Source of the DNA: an uncultured Pirellulales bacterium
GTDB taxonomy: Bacteria > Planctomycetota > Phycisphaerae > Sedimentisphaerales > Anaerobacaceae
Length of the DNA stretch: 58,880 bases
Assembly: GCA_964564845.1 (NCBI GenBank)
Contig: CAZMCN010000001.1
Span: forward strand, 1 to 58,880
Direction: 5' to 3'
Shown: positions 16,531-25,857 of the stretch, piece after piece
Layout of the letters: each line of letters starts with the position of its first letter
How positions within the stretch are numbered: position 1 is the stretch's first letter
Program-made: the position numbers and the translations under genes
Notes under the pieces: generated by a model
What the model saw: the letters and a program-made list of their open reading frames with translations, nothing else
Told to the model about the DNA's origin: nothing
Databases searched by the model: none

Positions 16531-17773
16531 TGCGTTCAGGTAACATTTTTTTCCAAAACGGCCTATACAATGGGTCGCCTATCAAGACTAAACGCCACGA
16601 ATTGAACGGCTTTGTTCTATAATACGCCTCGACAAGGCATCGGCCGTCCAGCAGCTCAGAGAAAAATGCATCCGGCTGCGGAAACGAACGAAGATACGGC
16701 TCGGCAACCGGCCCTAATGTCGCCGTTACTCCGTCTTTGAGCATCGCCGGGCACCATTGACTGCTGTTTGGGTCCCTAAGGTCAATAGCCTCCCAGCTTG
16801 AGATATGATAACCCACCGCCCCCTCGACGAAATCAAAGGCATCGACATATTTTTTCAAGCTGTACCAGCCGCAATAAAGGGCGGTCTGCGGACACTGATT
16901 AGCCTCAAACACCTTCTGCGTCTGTTCCTCGATGACCTTCATTGTTGTACGCTGTCGCAAAATCGAGGCTGTTTTGCGCAGCAGCTCATCATATTTCGCA
17001 TACAATGAATCCTTCGCCTTGTCCTGTCCGTAACCGGAATCTATATACGCAATGCCTTTCAGTCCGATTTGTTCAGCTAAGATGGCTTTATCCACAAGGC
17101 TGACCGCTATATCCTCTCCAGGCCCATCAAGACGGCTGACCATAAGTGATTTGAAGTCCCAGTAAGGAAGTTTATACTTTAACTTGTTCGGCCGCCACCG
17201 ATACAACTCATAATCCTCGCCCAGCACCATCGACAATTCACTATCTACCGAGGCATCTGTTTCCTTACCGATGATTTTATCAATCGCAGACTGCAAATAA
17301 GCTATCCGGAGTTCGAGTTGTTCTTTCTGCCCGGCCATATAAACAGGACCGCTCTGTTCTATTTGTTTCACAATGTTTTGTGTTTGCTCAAGCTGTTTCC
17401 TCAATTGCTTTAATTTATCTTCCTGCCCTTCTAACTGTCCTCGTTTTCCCACCTTGATTGGTACGCCGTAAGTTGTTACAAGAGCCCTGATTTTACCGGC
17501 AAATCCGGCACTGCGCAGCTTGTTGCGAATCGGCCCGGCGAGTCTCGCTCCATAATCGCTTCTGGAAATTGTATCGCTAAGACTTGTTCCCAAAGGCAGA
17601 GAAAGAATATTCCCAGCCGGCACCGCCCGCTTTTTGCAGTAGTATTGACCAATACGTACAGATGCCGCAATGTCGCTGTTTGTTATTACTAAGAGCTCAT
17701 TGGGCTCCAGTGCAAAGCTGCTCTGGGCTGCAAAAAAAAACAGGTATGTAAAAATGAATTTAAGAACCTTCAT
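16514..17773 (-). CDS. Secreted conserved hypothetical protein, TIGR03790-like, with a coiled-coil insert
   Basis: The signal peptide is MKVLKFIFTYLFFFAAQSSFA. The N-terminal LLVITNSDIAASVRIGQYYCKKRAVPAGNILSL recalls TIGR03790, which is recollection and not a search result. A heptad-like stretch is GQEDKLKQLRKQLEQTQNIVKQIEQ. The 3' end overlaps the convergent gene by 17 nt. Confidence 0.5.
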   Translation of the reverse strand: MKVLKFIFTYLFFFAAQSSFALEPNELLVITNSDIAASVRIGQYYCKKRAVPAGNILSLPLGTSLSDTISRSDYGARLAGPIRNKLRSAGFAGKIRALVTTYGVPIKVGKRGQLEGQEDKLKQLRKQLEQTQNIVKQIEQSGPVYMAGQKEQLELRIAYLQSAIDKIIGKETDASVDSELSMVLGEDYELYRWRPNKLKYKLPYWDFKSLMVSRLDGPGEDIAVSLVDKAILAEQIGLKGIAYIDSGYGQDKAKDSLYAKYDELLRKTASILRQRTTMKVIEEQTQKVFEANQCPQTALYCGWYSLKKYVDAFDFVEGAVGYHISSWEAIDLRDPNSSQWCPAMLKDGVTATLGPVAEPYLRSFPQPDAFFSELLDGRCLVEAYYRTKPFNSWRLVLIGDPLYRPFWKKMLPERITPLP

Positions 17774-17885
17774 CCGTCCAAAAGTTTTTTATACCAAAAA
17801 TTCAGCCCCGGACACTACCGGGGCTTTCGGCTAAAGTCAAATGTCTAAAACAACAATGATTGATTGCAGCCATCCCACACTGATG

Positions 17886-18980
17886 CTATTCAAACAGGTG
17901 CAGACTATGCAGCAATTCGGGCTGGTAATCCTCAGCCATCTCATGGTAATTATCAAACCAGCAGGCATCCGGCTGACTCTTGAAAACCATAACTCGCCCG
18001 CTGTCTTCATTATGGGCTGCTCGGTGATACCTGAAAAATACCATATCGTCGGTTTTGCCGATAATTTCTATTTTACCGCTCGAATGCGACATCGCATAAC
18101 GAACCCGCTTCGCCAGTCCCGAAACCTGCGACTTGGCCTGTTCTATTATCTCATATCCCCTTTCAATCGGCACCGTATAAGTTTTGTTCCCCAATGCCGG
18201 ACGGCATTGAAAAATATAGTAAGGTGCAGCACCAATAAAAGAGAGCTTCCTGAGCAAATCGGCCATAACATTAGGGTCGTCATTTACACCCTTTATCAAT
18301 GGTGTTTGGTTAGCTATGATTGCGCCGCTCTTTTGCAAAAGTGACACACCTTCGACGGCAATGTCTGTCAGTTCCCGCGGATGAACAAAATGAGTTACTA
18401 TATATATCTTCTTCTGGTCGGTGCTGTAGTTCTTTATCATCTCCGGAAATGAGGGGTCATCGATAATCCTGTAAGGATTGAACGCCGGCGCCTTTGTACC
18501 GATACGAATTATTCCGATATGGTCGATTTCCCGGAGCCTCCGAACGATATTCTCAAGCTTCGAGGTCGTCAGTGACAACGGGTCACCGCCGGTCAGAAGC
18601 ACATTTGTTATCTCACCGTGCTCCTTTATATACTCGGTCGCCTCCGGCACATTCAGAATATGTTCCTTGTGAGACTCCACAAAAAAACGTTTGCGGAAAC
18701 AGTAGCGACATATACCATTACAGACATCACTTACCAAAAGCAGCGCCGTGGAATTATATTTGTGCTCCAGCCCCGGCATTATCGTGTAGTGTTTTTCATC
18801 TGATGGGTCATACCGGCCCCACTCCTCAAGCTCCTGTATATGCGGTATTACAATCCGACGTATCGGGTCGTCGGGGTCATCCCAGTCAATAAGCGACAGA
18901 TAATAATCGTTGCTGCGAAAAGGAAACCTAACGGTAACACTCTTCAATTCGGCTTGTTCTTTCTCGCTTAATTGCTCCAA
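17886..18980 (-). CDS. KamA-family radical SAM aminomutase (lysine 2,3-aminomutase/EpmB-like)
   Basis: The CX3CX2C cluster is CNGICRYCFRKRFF. The KamA N-terminal motif is YYLSLIDWDDPDDPIRRIVIP, and LLTGGDPL and PYYIFQCRP are also present. The start is a TTG in the ORF track and is therefore uncertain. Confidence 0.85.
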   Translation of the reverse strand: MEQLSEKEQAELKSVTVRFPFRSNDYYLSLIDWDDPDDPIRRIVIPHIQELEEWGRYDPSDEKHYTIMPGLEHKYNSTALLLVSDVCNGICRYCFRKRFFVESHKEHILNVPEATEYIKEHGEITNVLLTGGDPLSLTTSKLENIVRRLREIDHIGIIRIGTKAPAFNPYRIIDDPSFPEMIKNYSTDQKKIYIVTHFVHPRELTDIAVEGVSLLQKSGAIIANQTPLIKGVNDDPNVMADLLRKLSFIGAAPYYIFQCRPALGNKTYTVPIERGYEIIEQAKSQVSGLAKRVRYAMSHSSGKIEIIGKTDDMVFFRYHRAAHNEDSGRVMVFKSQPDACWFDNYHEMAEDYQPELLHSLHLFE

Positions 18981-19050
18981 CTGTTCTATTTGTCTTATGT
19001 ATCGAACCTTGATATCAACTTCTCCTTTCTGACCAATCTATTACAATTCA

Positions 19051-19698
19051 TTAACCATTTTTTTCTATCTGCTTATTTGCCTCGCCCCGGGTGTATTCTG
19101 TTTGAGAATATTTTTTTTCGTATATATTTCTTCGTCGAAATACCTGGGCTATAGTTGCCAGAATTACCTTTATATCAACCAGAAAACCAGCCTTTTCAAC
19201 GTATTTTACATCAAGTTCGATTTTTTCTTCTCGCGTAAGACCGCCCCTGCCGCATATTTGAGCTAATCCCGTCAAACCGGGCTTAACAAGCAGTCTTTTC
19301 TTCTGTCGTTCATCCCATTCGGAAATCTGTGAAACATACAGAGGACGAGGCCCGATAACACTCATATCTCCTTTTAATATATTAAACAATTGTGGCAATT
19401 CGTCAAGGGAATATTCTCGCAAAAATTTCCCTGTCCCGGTCAGTCTTGGGTCGTCACCTGATTTTGGACTCGCTCCGAACGGGTCAGCATCAATTTTCAT
19501 TGTGCGGAATTTATAAAAGACGAACGGCCTGCCGTTTTTACCTGCCCTTTCCTGCTTGAAAATCGCAGGTCCCTTGCTCGTCAGACGAATTAGGATTATA
19601 AGAAAAAGCAAAGCAGGCGACAGTATTGCTACCGCAGAAAACGAAACAAGAACATCAAATAAGCGCTTAAAAAATTTTTGAACGAATTTATTCTGCAT
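19051..19698 (-). CDS. Small monotopic polyprenyl-phosphate sugar-phosphate transferase (PglC/WbaP C-terminal type), initiating enzyme
   Basis: Motifs are KRLFDVLVS...PAIFKQERAG..GRPF.FYKFRTM...DELPQLFNILKGDMSVIGPRP. Length is 215 aa. Confidence 0.9.
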   Translation of the reverse strand: MQNKFVQKFFKRLFDVLVSFSAVAILSPALLFLIILIRLTSKGPAIFKQERAGKNGRPFVFYKFRTMKIDADPFGASPKSGDDPRLTGTGKFLREYSLDELPQLFNILKGDMSVIGPRPLYVSQISEWDERQKKRLLVKPGLTGLAQICGRGGLTREEKIELDVKYVEKAGFLVDIKVILATIAQVFRRRNIYEKKYSQTEYTRGEANKQIEKNG

Positions 19699-19701
19699 TT
19701 T

Positions 19702-20859
19702 TTATTCAGCCGGTGTGAATCTGCTTATAAACTCTACAGTCCTCTTTGCTGTTCTTTCATCGGCGCGCGGATGCAATGGGAGGTTCACAACTTCATTACT
19801 GGCTTTTTCGGCCTCAGGGCACATACCAATTTGGTAATCATACGCTTCCAAAGGCGTTTCAATCGGATGCAGCGGACATTCAAACCAACTGCCTAATTCA
19901 ATCCCTTCTTTTGCTGCTTCCGCCAGTGCTTTATTTTTCTCGGCAATTCTTACCGGATACCTGACCATCACGGGGTCGATAGAAGAGCCGTCGTATTTTC
20001 TCACAGGCACCCCTTTTTCACCAAGCAGCTTGTCATAGAATTCAGCCATCTTCCTGCGGTGCGCAATGTTCTGTCCAATCCGCTTAAGCTCCCTTACCCC
20101 CGCCCTCGCTTGTACTGAACTCATTGCTTTGAAAAAATTTTTTGCCATTGTCGGTTGAAATTCCGATGTGCTTGACGAACCTACCACCATCGCTTTCTTT
20201 GTAAGGTACCTGAAAGCCTCCTGTGCAAGTGCCGTCGTCCTCGGATACACAAATAATCTATATACAACCAGTTGTGTCCATAGCATTAAAACTTCTTGCG
20301 TGGACGGCTGACACATTTCGCCGGCCCGCAGCAATTCAATTTTATTCGCAAGCTCCACATCATCGGTTGAAAGCATTCCCCCCACCCCCGTTGTAAAAGG
20401 CTTATTCCACTGAAATGAAAAATACGCAGCTTTGCCGAACGTGCCCACCGTCCTGCCTTTATATTTTGAACCAAAAGCAAGACAGCAGTCTTCAATCACA
20501 TCGATTCCATTCTCGCTGGCTATTTTCATAATCGCATCCATATCACACGGATAGCCGTATGTGTGCTGAGCAATAAGCGCCTTTGTCCTTGCCGTAATTT
20601 TCTTCTGGAGTAATTCCACATTTATATTGAAAGTGACCGGCTCAATATCAACATATACAGGTTTTGCCCCAAGATACTTTACAGGATTGACATCCATCAC
20701 GCAGGTATAACCCGGCAGAATAACCTCATCTCCCGGGCCAATCCCCATTGCCTTCAACATCGCATATAAAGCCACACGCCCTTTCCAGAAACAGTAGCAA
20801 TGCGAAACTCCCAGCCACCGAGCAAATTCCATCTCAAATTTATTACTTGTGCTGTTCAT
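19702..20859 (-). CDS. DegT/DnrJ/EryC1/StrS-family PLP-dependent sugar aminotransferase
   Basis: The N-terminal FEMEFARWLG..., the AYFSFQWNKPFTTGVGGM (Lys) segment and the overall length (385 aa) fit the fold-type I sugar aminotransferase family. Confidence 0.88.
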   Translation of the reverse strand: MNSTSNKFEMEFARWLGVSHCYCFWKGRVALYAMLKAMGIGPGDEVILPGYTCVMDVNPVKYLGAKPVYVDIEPVTFNINVELLQKKITARTKALIAQHTYGYPCDMDAIMKIASENGIDVIEDCCLAFGSKYKGRTVGTFGKAAYFSFQWNKPFTTGVGGMLSTDDVELANKIELLRAGEMCQPSTQEVLMLWTQLVVYRLFVYPRTTALAQEAFRYLTKKAMVVGSSSTSEFQPTMAKNFFKAMSSVQARAGVRELKRIGQNIAHRRKMAEFYDKLLGEKGVPVRKYDGSSIDPVMVRYPVRIAEKNKALAEAAKEGIELGSWFECPLHPIETPLEAYDYQIGMCPEAEKASNEVVNLPLHPRADERTAKRTVEFISRFTPAE

Positions 20860-20900
20860 ATCATAATTTCCCAGATGCTGCCGGCACCGATTTTACCGAA

Positions 20901-21821
20901 TCATTTGACTTGATTGTCCTCAGCAGCAGGGAAATCGTAACTCTGCTGCCGGTAGAGACGAATCATAGATACAGCTTTGCGGACCGTGTAGCTCCTGGGA
21001 AAAAACCCGCCCCAAACTTTAAGAAAAGGTTCTCGTGCCAATGCAAATGCACAACGCATTCCTCTTGAAAAGGCAATTCGTTGTTTTATCGGCTGGATAG
21101 TCCAGCCCATCCGACCTTTGAAATGGTCAAGATATGTTGTATCCTCCAATGACCCAAGGCCGTAACAAATCCCTTCACATCGTTCTTTTTGGAAGAAATA
21201 TTGGGCCGCAGTGAAAACCAGGGCATTATTAGGATATTTATTTCTAAGTTCCGTCGAAGAATGATTCACCACCCACTCTCGCCAATTTCCCTCAGCTTCT
21301 ATAGATACGATAAATGATGCCAGTCTGCCATCCACAAATGCACCCCAGGCACTAACTCCCTCTACTGCCTTGGCCGCCTGGCAATACTTCCGCCAATAAT
21401 CAGGGTCGGCATATTGACTTTCACGCTCCTGACGCTTGGCCGTGTCTTGATTGAGTGACAGTCCATGCTCAATAAGATAATCAAAGTCAACAGCTTCAAT
21501 AACACAATTTTCCAGACCACGACGGGTCTGATTCCTCGCCTTTTGATGAAGATTTGACATATCGTACTTTTTGTCAGTATTCATAGTTATATTGCTCATA
21601 AATCCGTAACTCTCGAGAGTGGTCGGATAACGTAGTGCACGCAGCTTGTGTTTATGCAGTAGTTCATCAACCTCTTCTTCGCTCGGCTCAATCAGTTTAT
21701 AATAGGGAAGAGACAAAAGTACTTGAGGCGCCGCATCATACCACCAGGCATTTTCACTTCGTATAACCTTATGACCCAAACGCTCAAAAAACTCAACCAT
21801 TGCGTTCGACTCATGCTTCAT
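20901..21821 (-). CDS. FemAB-like / GNAT (Acetyltransf_6-type) acyltransferase
   Basis: The length is 306 aa. The segment LHQKARNQTRRGLE and the C-terminal GNAT-like core (ALVFTAAQYFF...GLGSLEDTTYLDHFKGRMG) resemble the BioF2-like/FemAB-type transferases common in EPS loci. This is a by-eye call only. Confidence 0.55.
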   Translation of the reverse strand: MKHESNAMVEFFERLGHKVIRSENAWWYDAAPQVLLSLPYYKLIEPSEEEVDELLHKHKLRALRYPTTLESYGFMSNITMNTDKKYDMSNLHQKARNQTRRGLENCVIEAVDFDYLIEHGLSLNQDTAKRQERESQYADPDYWRKYCQAAKAVEGVSAWGAFVDGRLASFIVSIEAEGNWREWVVNHSSTELRNKYPNNALVFTAAQYFFQKERCEGICYGLGSLEDTTYLDHFKGRMGWTIQPIKQRIAFSRGMRCAFALAREPFLKVWGGFFPRSYTVRKAVSMIRLYRQQSYDFPAAEDNQVK

Positions 21822-22109
21822 TTATATTGACTCCACTTTATTTTTCGATTAACACAGGATTGGAACTCTACCACACCTAGGCGATTCCCCTTTTCACCTT
21901 TTTGCTTCTATGTGCACTTGGCCGAACTTTTGAGATATTGGGCACATTGTGTTCACCATTACATAACCCCTATCCGGTCTCTGCACTTCAGAAACACTAT
22001 GTGCGGTTTCGTTAGGACAATATGCTTTAAGGCTATCTTTTCAAGCAAATTGTGAATTTATGAGGGTCTTCAGAGACGTTTTTCATGCAGTTGATACCGC
22101 CTGTTGTTA

Positions 22110-23306
22110 TTAAAACCTTATCATCGACAAAGCATCTAAATACTGTTTCGTATTTCGTCTGGAATAAAACTCCTCAGCTGCGTGACGGCTGTTAACTCGA
22201 TAACGATGAAGTTTCTCTCTGTCATTAAACAAGTCAAAAATCTCGCTCACCAACCTATCAACATCCCCCGGTTTTACCACAACGCCGCATTTATGGCGGT
22301 TAATTATACGGGCTACTTCACTATTATTATTGCATAAGCCAATCAACGCTGCTCCTGCGGCCATAACATAGCAGGTCTTGCTCGGAGCACTAAGGTTCTC
22401 AGAACCTTCATCAAGAGTTACAATAGAAATATCTGCTGTCGGTAATGACGCCGATAATGCTTCCTCGGGTTGAAATGGCAATACTGTCAAATTATCTAAA
22501 CCATCCTGATATTTCGCCTTCTCAACAAGCTTCTTTTTGGCCCCTTCGCCAATAATCATAAAATGGATAGCATCATATTTTATCATTTCCTTGGCTGCAG
22601 CTAAAATCGTCTCGATATCGTGAGTTTTGCCAAGATTACCAGAGTACATTACCGTCAGTTTCTCTACTTGGCCATATTTTTTGGCGAATGCGTTTTTATC
22701 TTTTGCCACGGGTTGAATCCAGTCTGTGTTCGCCCAGTTAGGAACAAAAACCACTTTGCCTGTAAGTATTTTGCTGGCATCGAACATCCCCTCTAAAGTG
22801 GCAGCCATCGTCTCACCTATTGTAAATACAATCTCGGCATTTTCCCAAATCAGGCGATTCATTCGACGCCAAAGACGACTTATCAGCCCCTTTTCCTTCA
22901 ACAGGCCGCATTTAATCAGAACATCAGGGTAAATATCATAAACTAAAATTACATAATGTTGTCCGCGAAAACGCTTCAGCAAATAACCAACCATCCCCAG
23001 CAAAAGTGGATTTGACATCGAAAATAACAATGCGCTCTTCGGTAATCTCCAACACTTGAATAGGACATAAAAGAAGTAATGAATCCCCGACAAAAAACGC
23101 GACAAATAACTTTTACGTTCATATTTAGGAGCTGCTGTAATACTTAAAGACTCTATTCGGCTGCCTCTTTTGAGTGTATTGGGATGTCCGGTAATTAACA
23201 CCCCCGGTGACCAGTCCACAGAAACATCCTCTGCTAAATCTCTAAATAGAGGACCAGCCATTTGATTAAGAAATATGATGCTTGGATGTTTTCCTGAATC
23301 ACTCAC
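22110..23306 (-). CDS. Glycosyltransferase family 4 (GT-B fold)
   Basis: The C-terminal GT1/GT4 core is LTVMYSGNLGKTHDIETIL...FMIIGEGAKK...ADISIVTL...PSK...MAAGAALIG. Confidence 0.8.
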   Translation of the reverse strand: MSDSGKHPSIIFLNQMAGPLFRDLAEDVSVDWSPGVLITGHPNTLKRGSRIESLSITAAPKYERKSYLSRFLSGIHYFFYVLFKCWRLPKSALLFSMSNPLLLGMVGYLLKRFRGQHYVILVYDIYPDVLIKCGLLKEKGLISRLWRRMNRLIWENAEIVFTIGETMAATLEGMFDASKILTGKVVFVPNWANTDWIQPVAKDKNAFAKKYGQVEKLTVMYSGNLGKTHDIETILAAAKEMIKYDAIHFMIIGEGAKKKLVEKAKYQDGLDNLTVLPFQPEEALSASLPTADISIVTLDEGSENLSAPSKTCYVMAAGAALIGLCNNNSEVARIINRHKCGVVVKPGDVDRLVSEIFDLFNDREKLHRYRVNSRHAAEEFYSRRNTKQYLDALSMIRF

Positions 23307-23417
23307 TTGTTACTCACTCACAAATTATTTATTGCCGATTAATCAACTCTGAAGCTATATTGCCTATGTCGTTCTTCTTTTATCACAAGACTTTATACAA
23401 CGAACCTGCCGCTCAAA

Positions 23418-24587
23418 CTAACCACTTTTAACCAAAAGTCTCAGCTCCCGTAGTACATCCGCAGCTACTTCTTCCCAGCTTTCTGAAAACTTTTTTCTGT
23501 TGCCAAGCTCCCTTTTACCCTTCTCAACCAACTGCTGCCTTATGGCGGCATTGTCTCTGACCAGCATTATTCTGCTGAAAATAGATTTAATGTCCCACGG
23601 ATTATAGAAAAGCGCCGCTTCTCCACATACGTAACGAGCGAAATCTATATCAGGAGCCAGAATAGGCACGCCCATCCGCATAGCTTCAATAAAAGGTATC
23701 CCAAGAGTTTCCAGTGTGGTCGGGAACCAAAAAGCATCGCTGAAGCAGAAGTACCTTAAAACCTCTTCACGAGAAAGGTCGCCAACGTTTATAATAATGT
23801 CTTCTAAATCATTCCTTGAAATTTCTCTTAAGAATTTGCCGGCTCGATAATCATCCTCAAGCTCTATCGTCGTGATGAATTTGATGTGCTTCGAACGTAC
23901 TTCGCCACCATAATTCCTGCAAAGAGGTATAAGAACACTTGGATTTCTATGGGGCATATAACGTGTCAGTAGCAGAATGTAAAAATTGCCCGAAGACTTG
24001 TCAAACACAGAAGGAGCTTCCAGACCAGGAACAGGGCTTATCTCCGCTGGCGCAGGAAAACGCACAATTTTAATCCGGCCTTCCGGATAACAAAATTCAT
24101 TAGAAAACCTCCGCCTCACAATGGGGGTTTGACCGAATATCAACTTCGTGCCCGGTAACGATTTCTTGATTTGTGATTTCAACGCTGCAATACGTAATCT
24201 TAACCTCAAATGTATATCCGGGTAATATCTTTTATCGTAGAATAAGTAAGCCTGACGGATAAAAAGAGCCTGCGGAACACTTGGTTTAGTCAAACCTATG
24301 TTGGCAAGACCAAATATTACATCCGGATCATAGCTGCCTACTACCTTAGGCAATGTGATGCTTTCGAACCAGCTTCTCTCGATAGGGTTGTGACGGCCAT
24401 TGTAAATGAATAGTTCACTATCCTCTGGCAGCTCAATATCTTCGTAACCATAACCAGCTGAACAAACCAACAGAAATTGTTCATTCTCTGCCACGTTCTT
24501 AAATGCCCTAAGCAAATTTAATGTCCCAAATAAACCTCCGCCTGTGCGGCAACCATGAGCGATAATAGCTATCTTAAGCCGCTTCAT
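23418..24587 (-). CDS. Glycosyltransferase family 4 (GT-B fold)
   Basis: The N-terminus is MKRLKIAIIAHGCRTGGGL. The C-terminal E-x7-E-like region is FPTTLETLGIPFIEAMRMGVPILAPD. Confidence 0.75.
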   Translation of the reverse strand: MKRLKIAIIAHGCRTGGGLFGTLNLLRAFKNVAENEQFLLVCSAGYGYEDIELPEDSELFIYNGRHNPIERSWFESITLPKVVGSYDPDVIFGLANIGLTKPSVPQALFIRQAYLFYDKRYYPDIHLRLRLRIAALKSQIKKSLPGTKLIFGQTPIVRRRFSNEFCYPEGRIKIVRFPAPAEISPVPGLEAPSVFDKSSGNFYILLLTRYMPHRNPSVLIPLCRNYGGEVRSKHIKFITTIELEDDYRAGKFLREISRNDLEDIIINVGDLSREEVLRYFCFSDAFWFPTTLETLGIPFIEAMRMGVPILAPDIDFARYVCGEAALFYNPWDIKSIFSRIMLVRDNAAIRQQLVEKGKRELGNRKKFSESWEEVAADVLRELRLLVKSG

Positions 24588-24649
24588 ACTAACACGTTGT
24601 GTATATTTAACTCCCTTTTAATACCGATTGCTAAACAATTTTCTTCCAC

Positions 24650-25831
24650 CTAAGCCTCCAACAATCTCGCCATACGTGGAATAATTATTTCGGGGCTATA
24701 TCGCTCTCGCACATAACTTATCAGCTCATCAGATGTTGGAAGACTAAGCTCACCTTCCAGATACTCCTGAACTTTTTGCCTTAAGTGCTCAATGCTTCCC
24801 GCCGGCACAATACACCCAGGAAGGATAGGTTCCATTAACTCCGGTATAGCGGCTGCATCAGTGCTTATTATCGGCAGTCCGTAAGCAAAGGCTTCCAGTA
24901 CCGGCAAACCAAAGCACTCAAGCGCACGGGTCGGCAGAATGAACAAATCCGCACCCTCATAACATCTTTTGAGAATGTTATCCTTAATCTGACCCAGAAA
25001 CCAAATCTTATCTCGCACATCCAGTGATTTAGTTAAACTTTTAAGTTCTTGCTCCATCGAACCGGCACCAACAACAACATAATACACATTATTTTGAGCT
25101 TTCAGCGAAGGCGCAATAGCTCTGATAGCAATATCCAGCCCCATTCGCGGAGCCAACCGACGAACTGACAGCAGTATTCGAGCATCATTCGGCCAATGGA
25201 GTTTGGCACGGGCTTCACTTTTTAAATATTCCCGGGAAAACCCCTCCCTGCACCAGTGCGGTATTACTTGGACTTTATCACCAACCCCATAATAATTATC
25301 TATAGCCTCTTTGGTAAACATCGAAAGAGTATGGATAGAGTCAACTTTGCCAAGTATCTCCCCTTCAAGTTTTCTAAGTGTACCTTTGCCTAAAAGCAGC
25401 TTTATTTTGCCCGGTAAACCCTGGGCCGCCCAGTTAATTTCCTGCTCCATAACAGTTGGAGAGTGAACGGTATAAACATATCTCGGACCATCTCCAAAGA
25501 CCTCATAAACGATTTTGCCGTACAAAGGAAGATGAATGTGTATCACGTCGCATTTCATATCAAAAAGATATTTGCGGGCGGTACGTACGCCAGCCATTTT
25601 TTGCTTGTGAACCTTAAATGGGTCAAGAGGCCTCGTTTTAGGAAAAGCAAAACGTACCACTCGAATCCCTTCGTATTGGGAAATTGTCTCTGCGTCCGGT
25701 TTCTGCTTTCGACAGAATACGGTGACTTGATGCCCCCTGTCACACATAAATCGGACGACATCAAATGCGACCCTTGCCGACCCGCTTGCCTGGTCGGGGA
25801 AAAATGCGTCAACAGCAACTAAATAGCGCAT
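24650..25831 (-). CDS. Glycosyltransferase family 4 (GT-B fold)
   Basis: Motifs are SGSARVAFDV...DVIHIHLP...LLSVRRLAPRMGLD...LPTRALECFGLPVLEAFAYGLPIISTD. Confidence 0.85.
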   Translation of the reverse strand: MRYLVAVDAFFPDQASGSARVAFDVVRFMCDRGHQVTVFCRKQKPDAETISQYEGIRVVRFAFPKTRPLDPFKVHKQKMAGVRTARKYLFDMKCDVIHIHLPLYGKIVYEVFGDGPRYVYTVHSPTVMEQEINWAAQGLPGKIKLLLGKGTLRKLEGEILGKVDSIHTLSMFTKEAIDNYYGVGDKVQVIPHWCREGFSREYLKSEARAKLHWPNDARILLSVRRLAPRMGLDIAIRAIAPSLKAQNNVYYVVVGAGSMEQELKSLTKSLDVRDKIWFLGQIKDNILKRCYEGADLFILPTRALECFGLPVLEAFAYGLPIISTDAAAIPELMEPILPGCIVPAGSIEHLRQKVQEYLEGELSLPTSDELISYVRERYSPEIIIPRMARLLEA

Positions 25832-25857
25832 GAATAATCCTGTAACACATTCATAAA

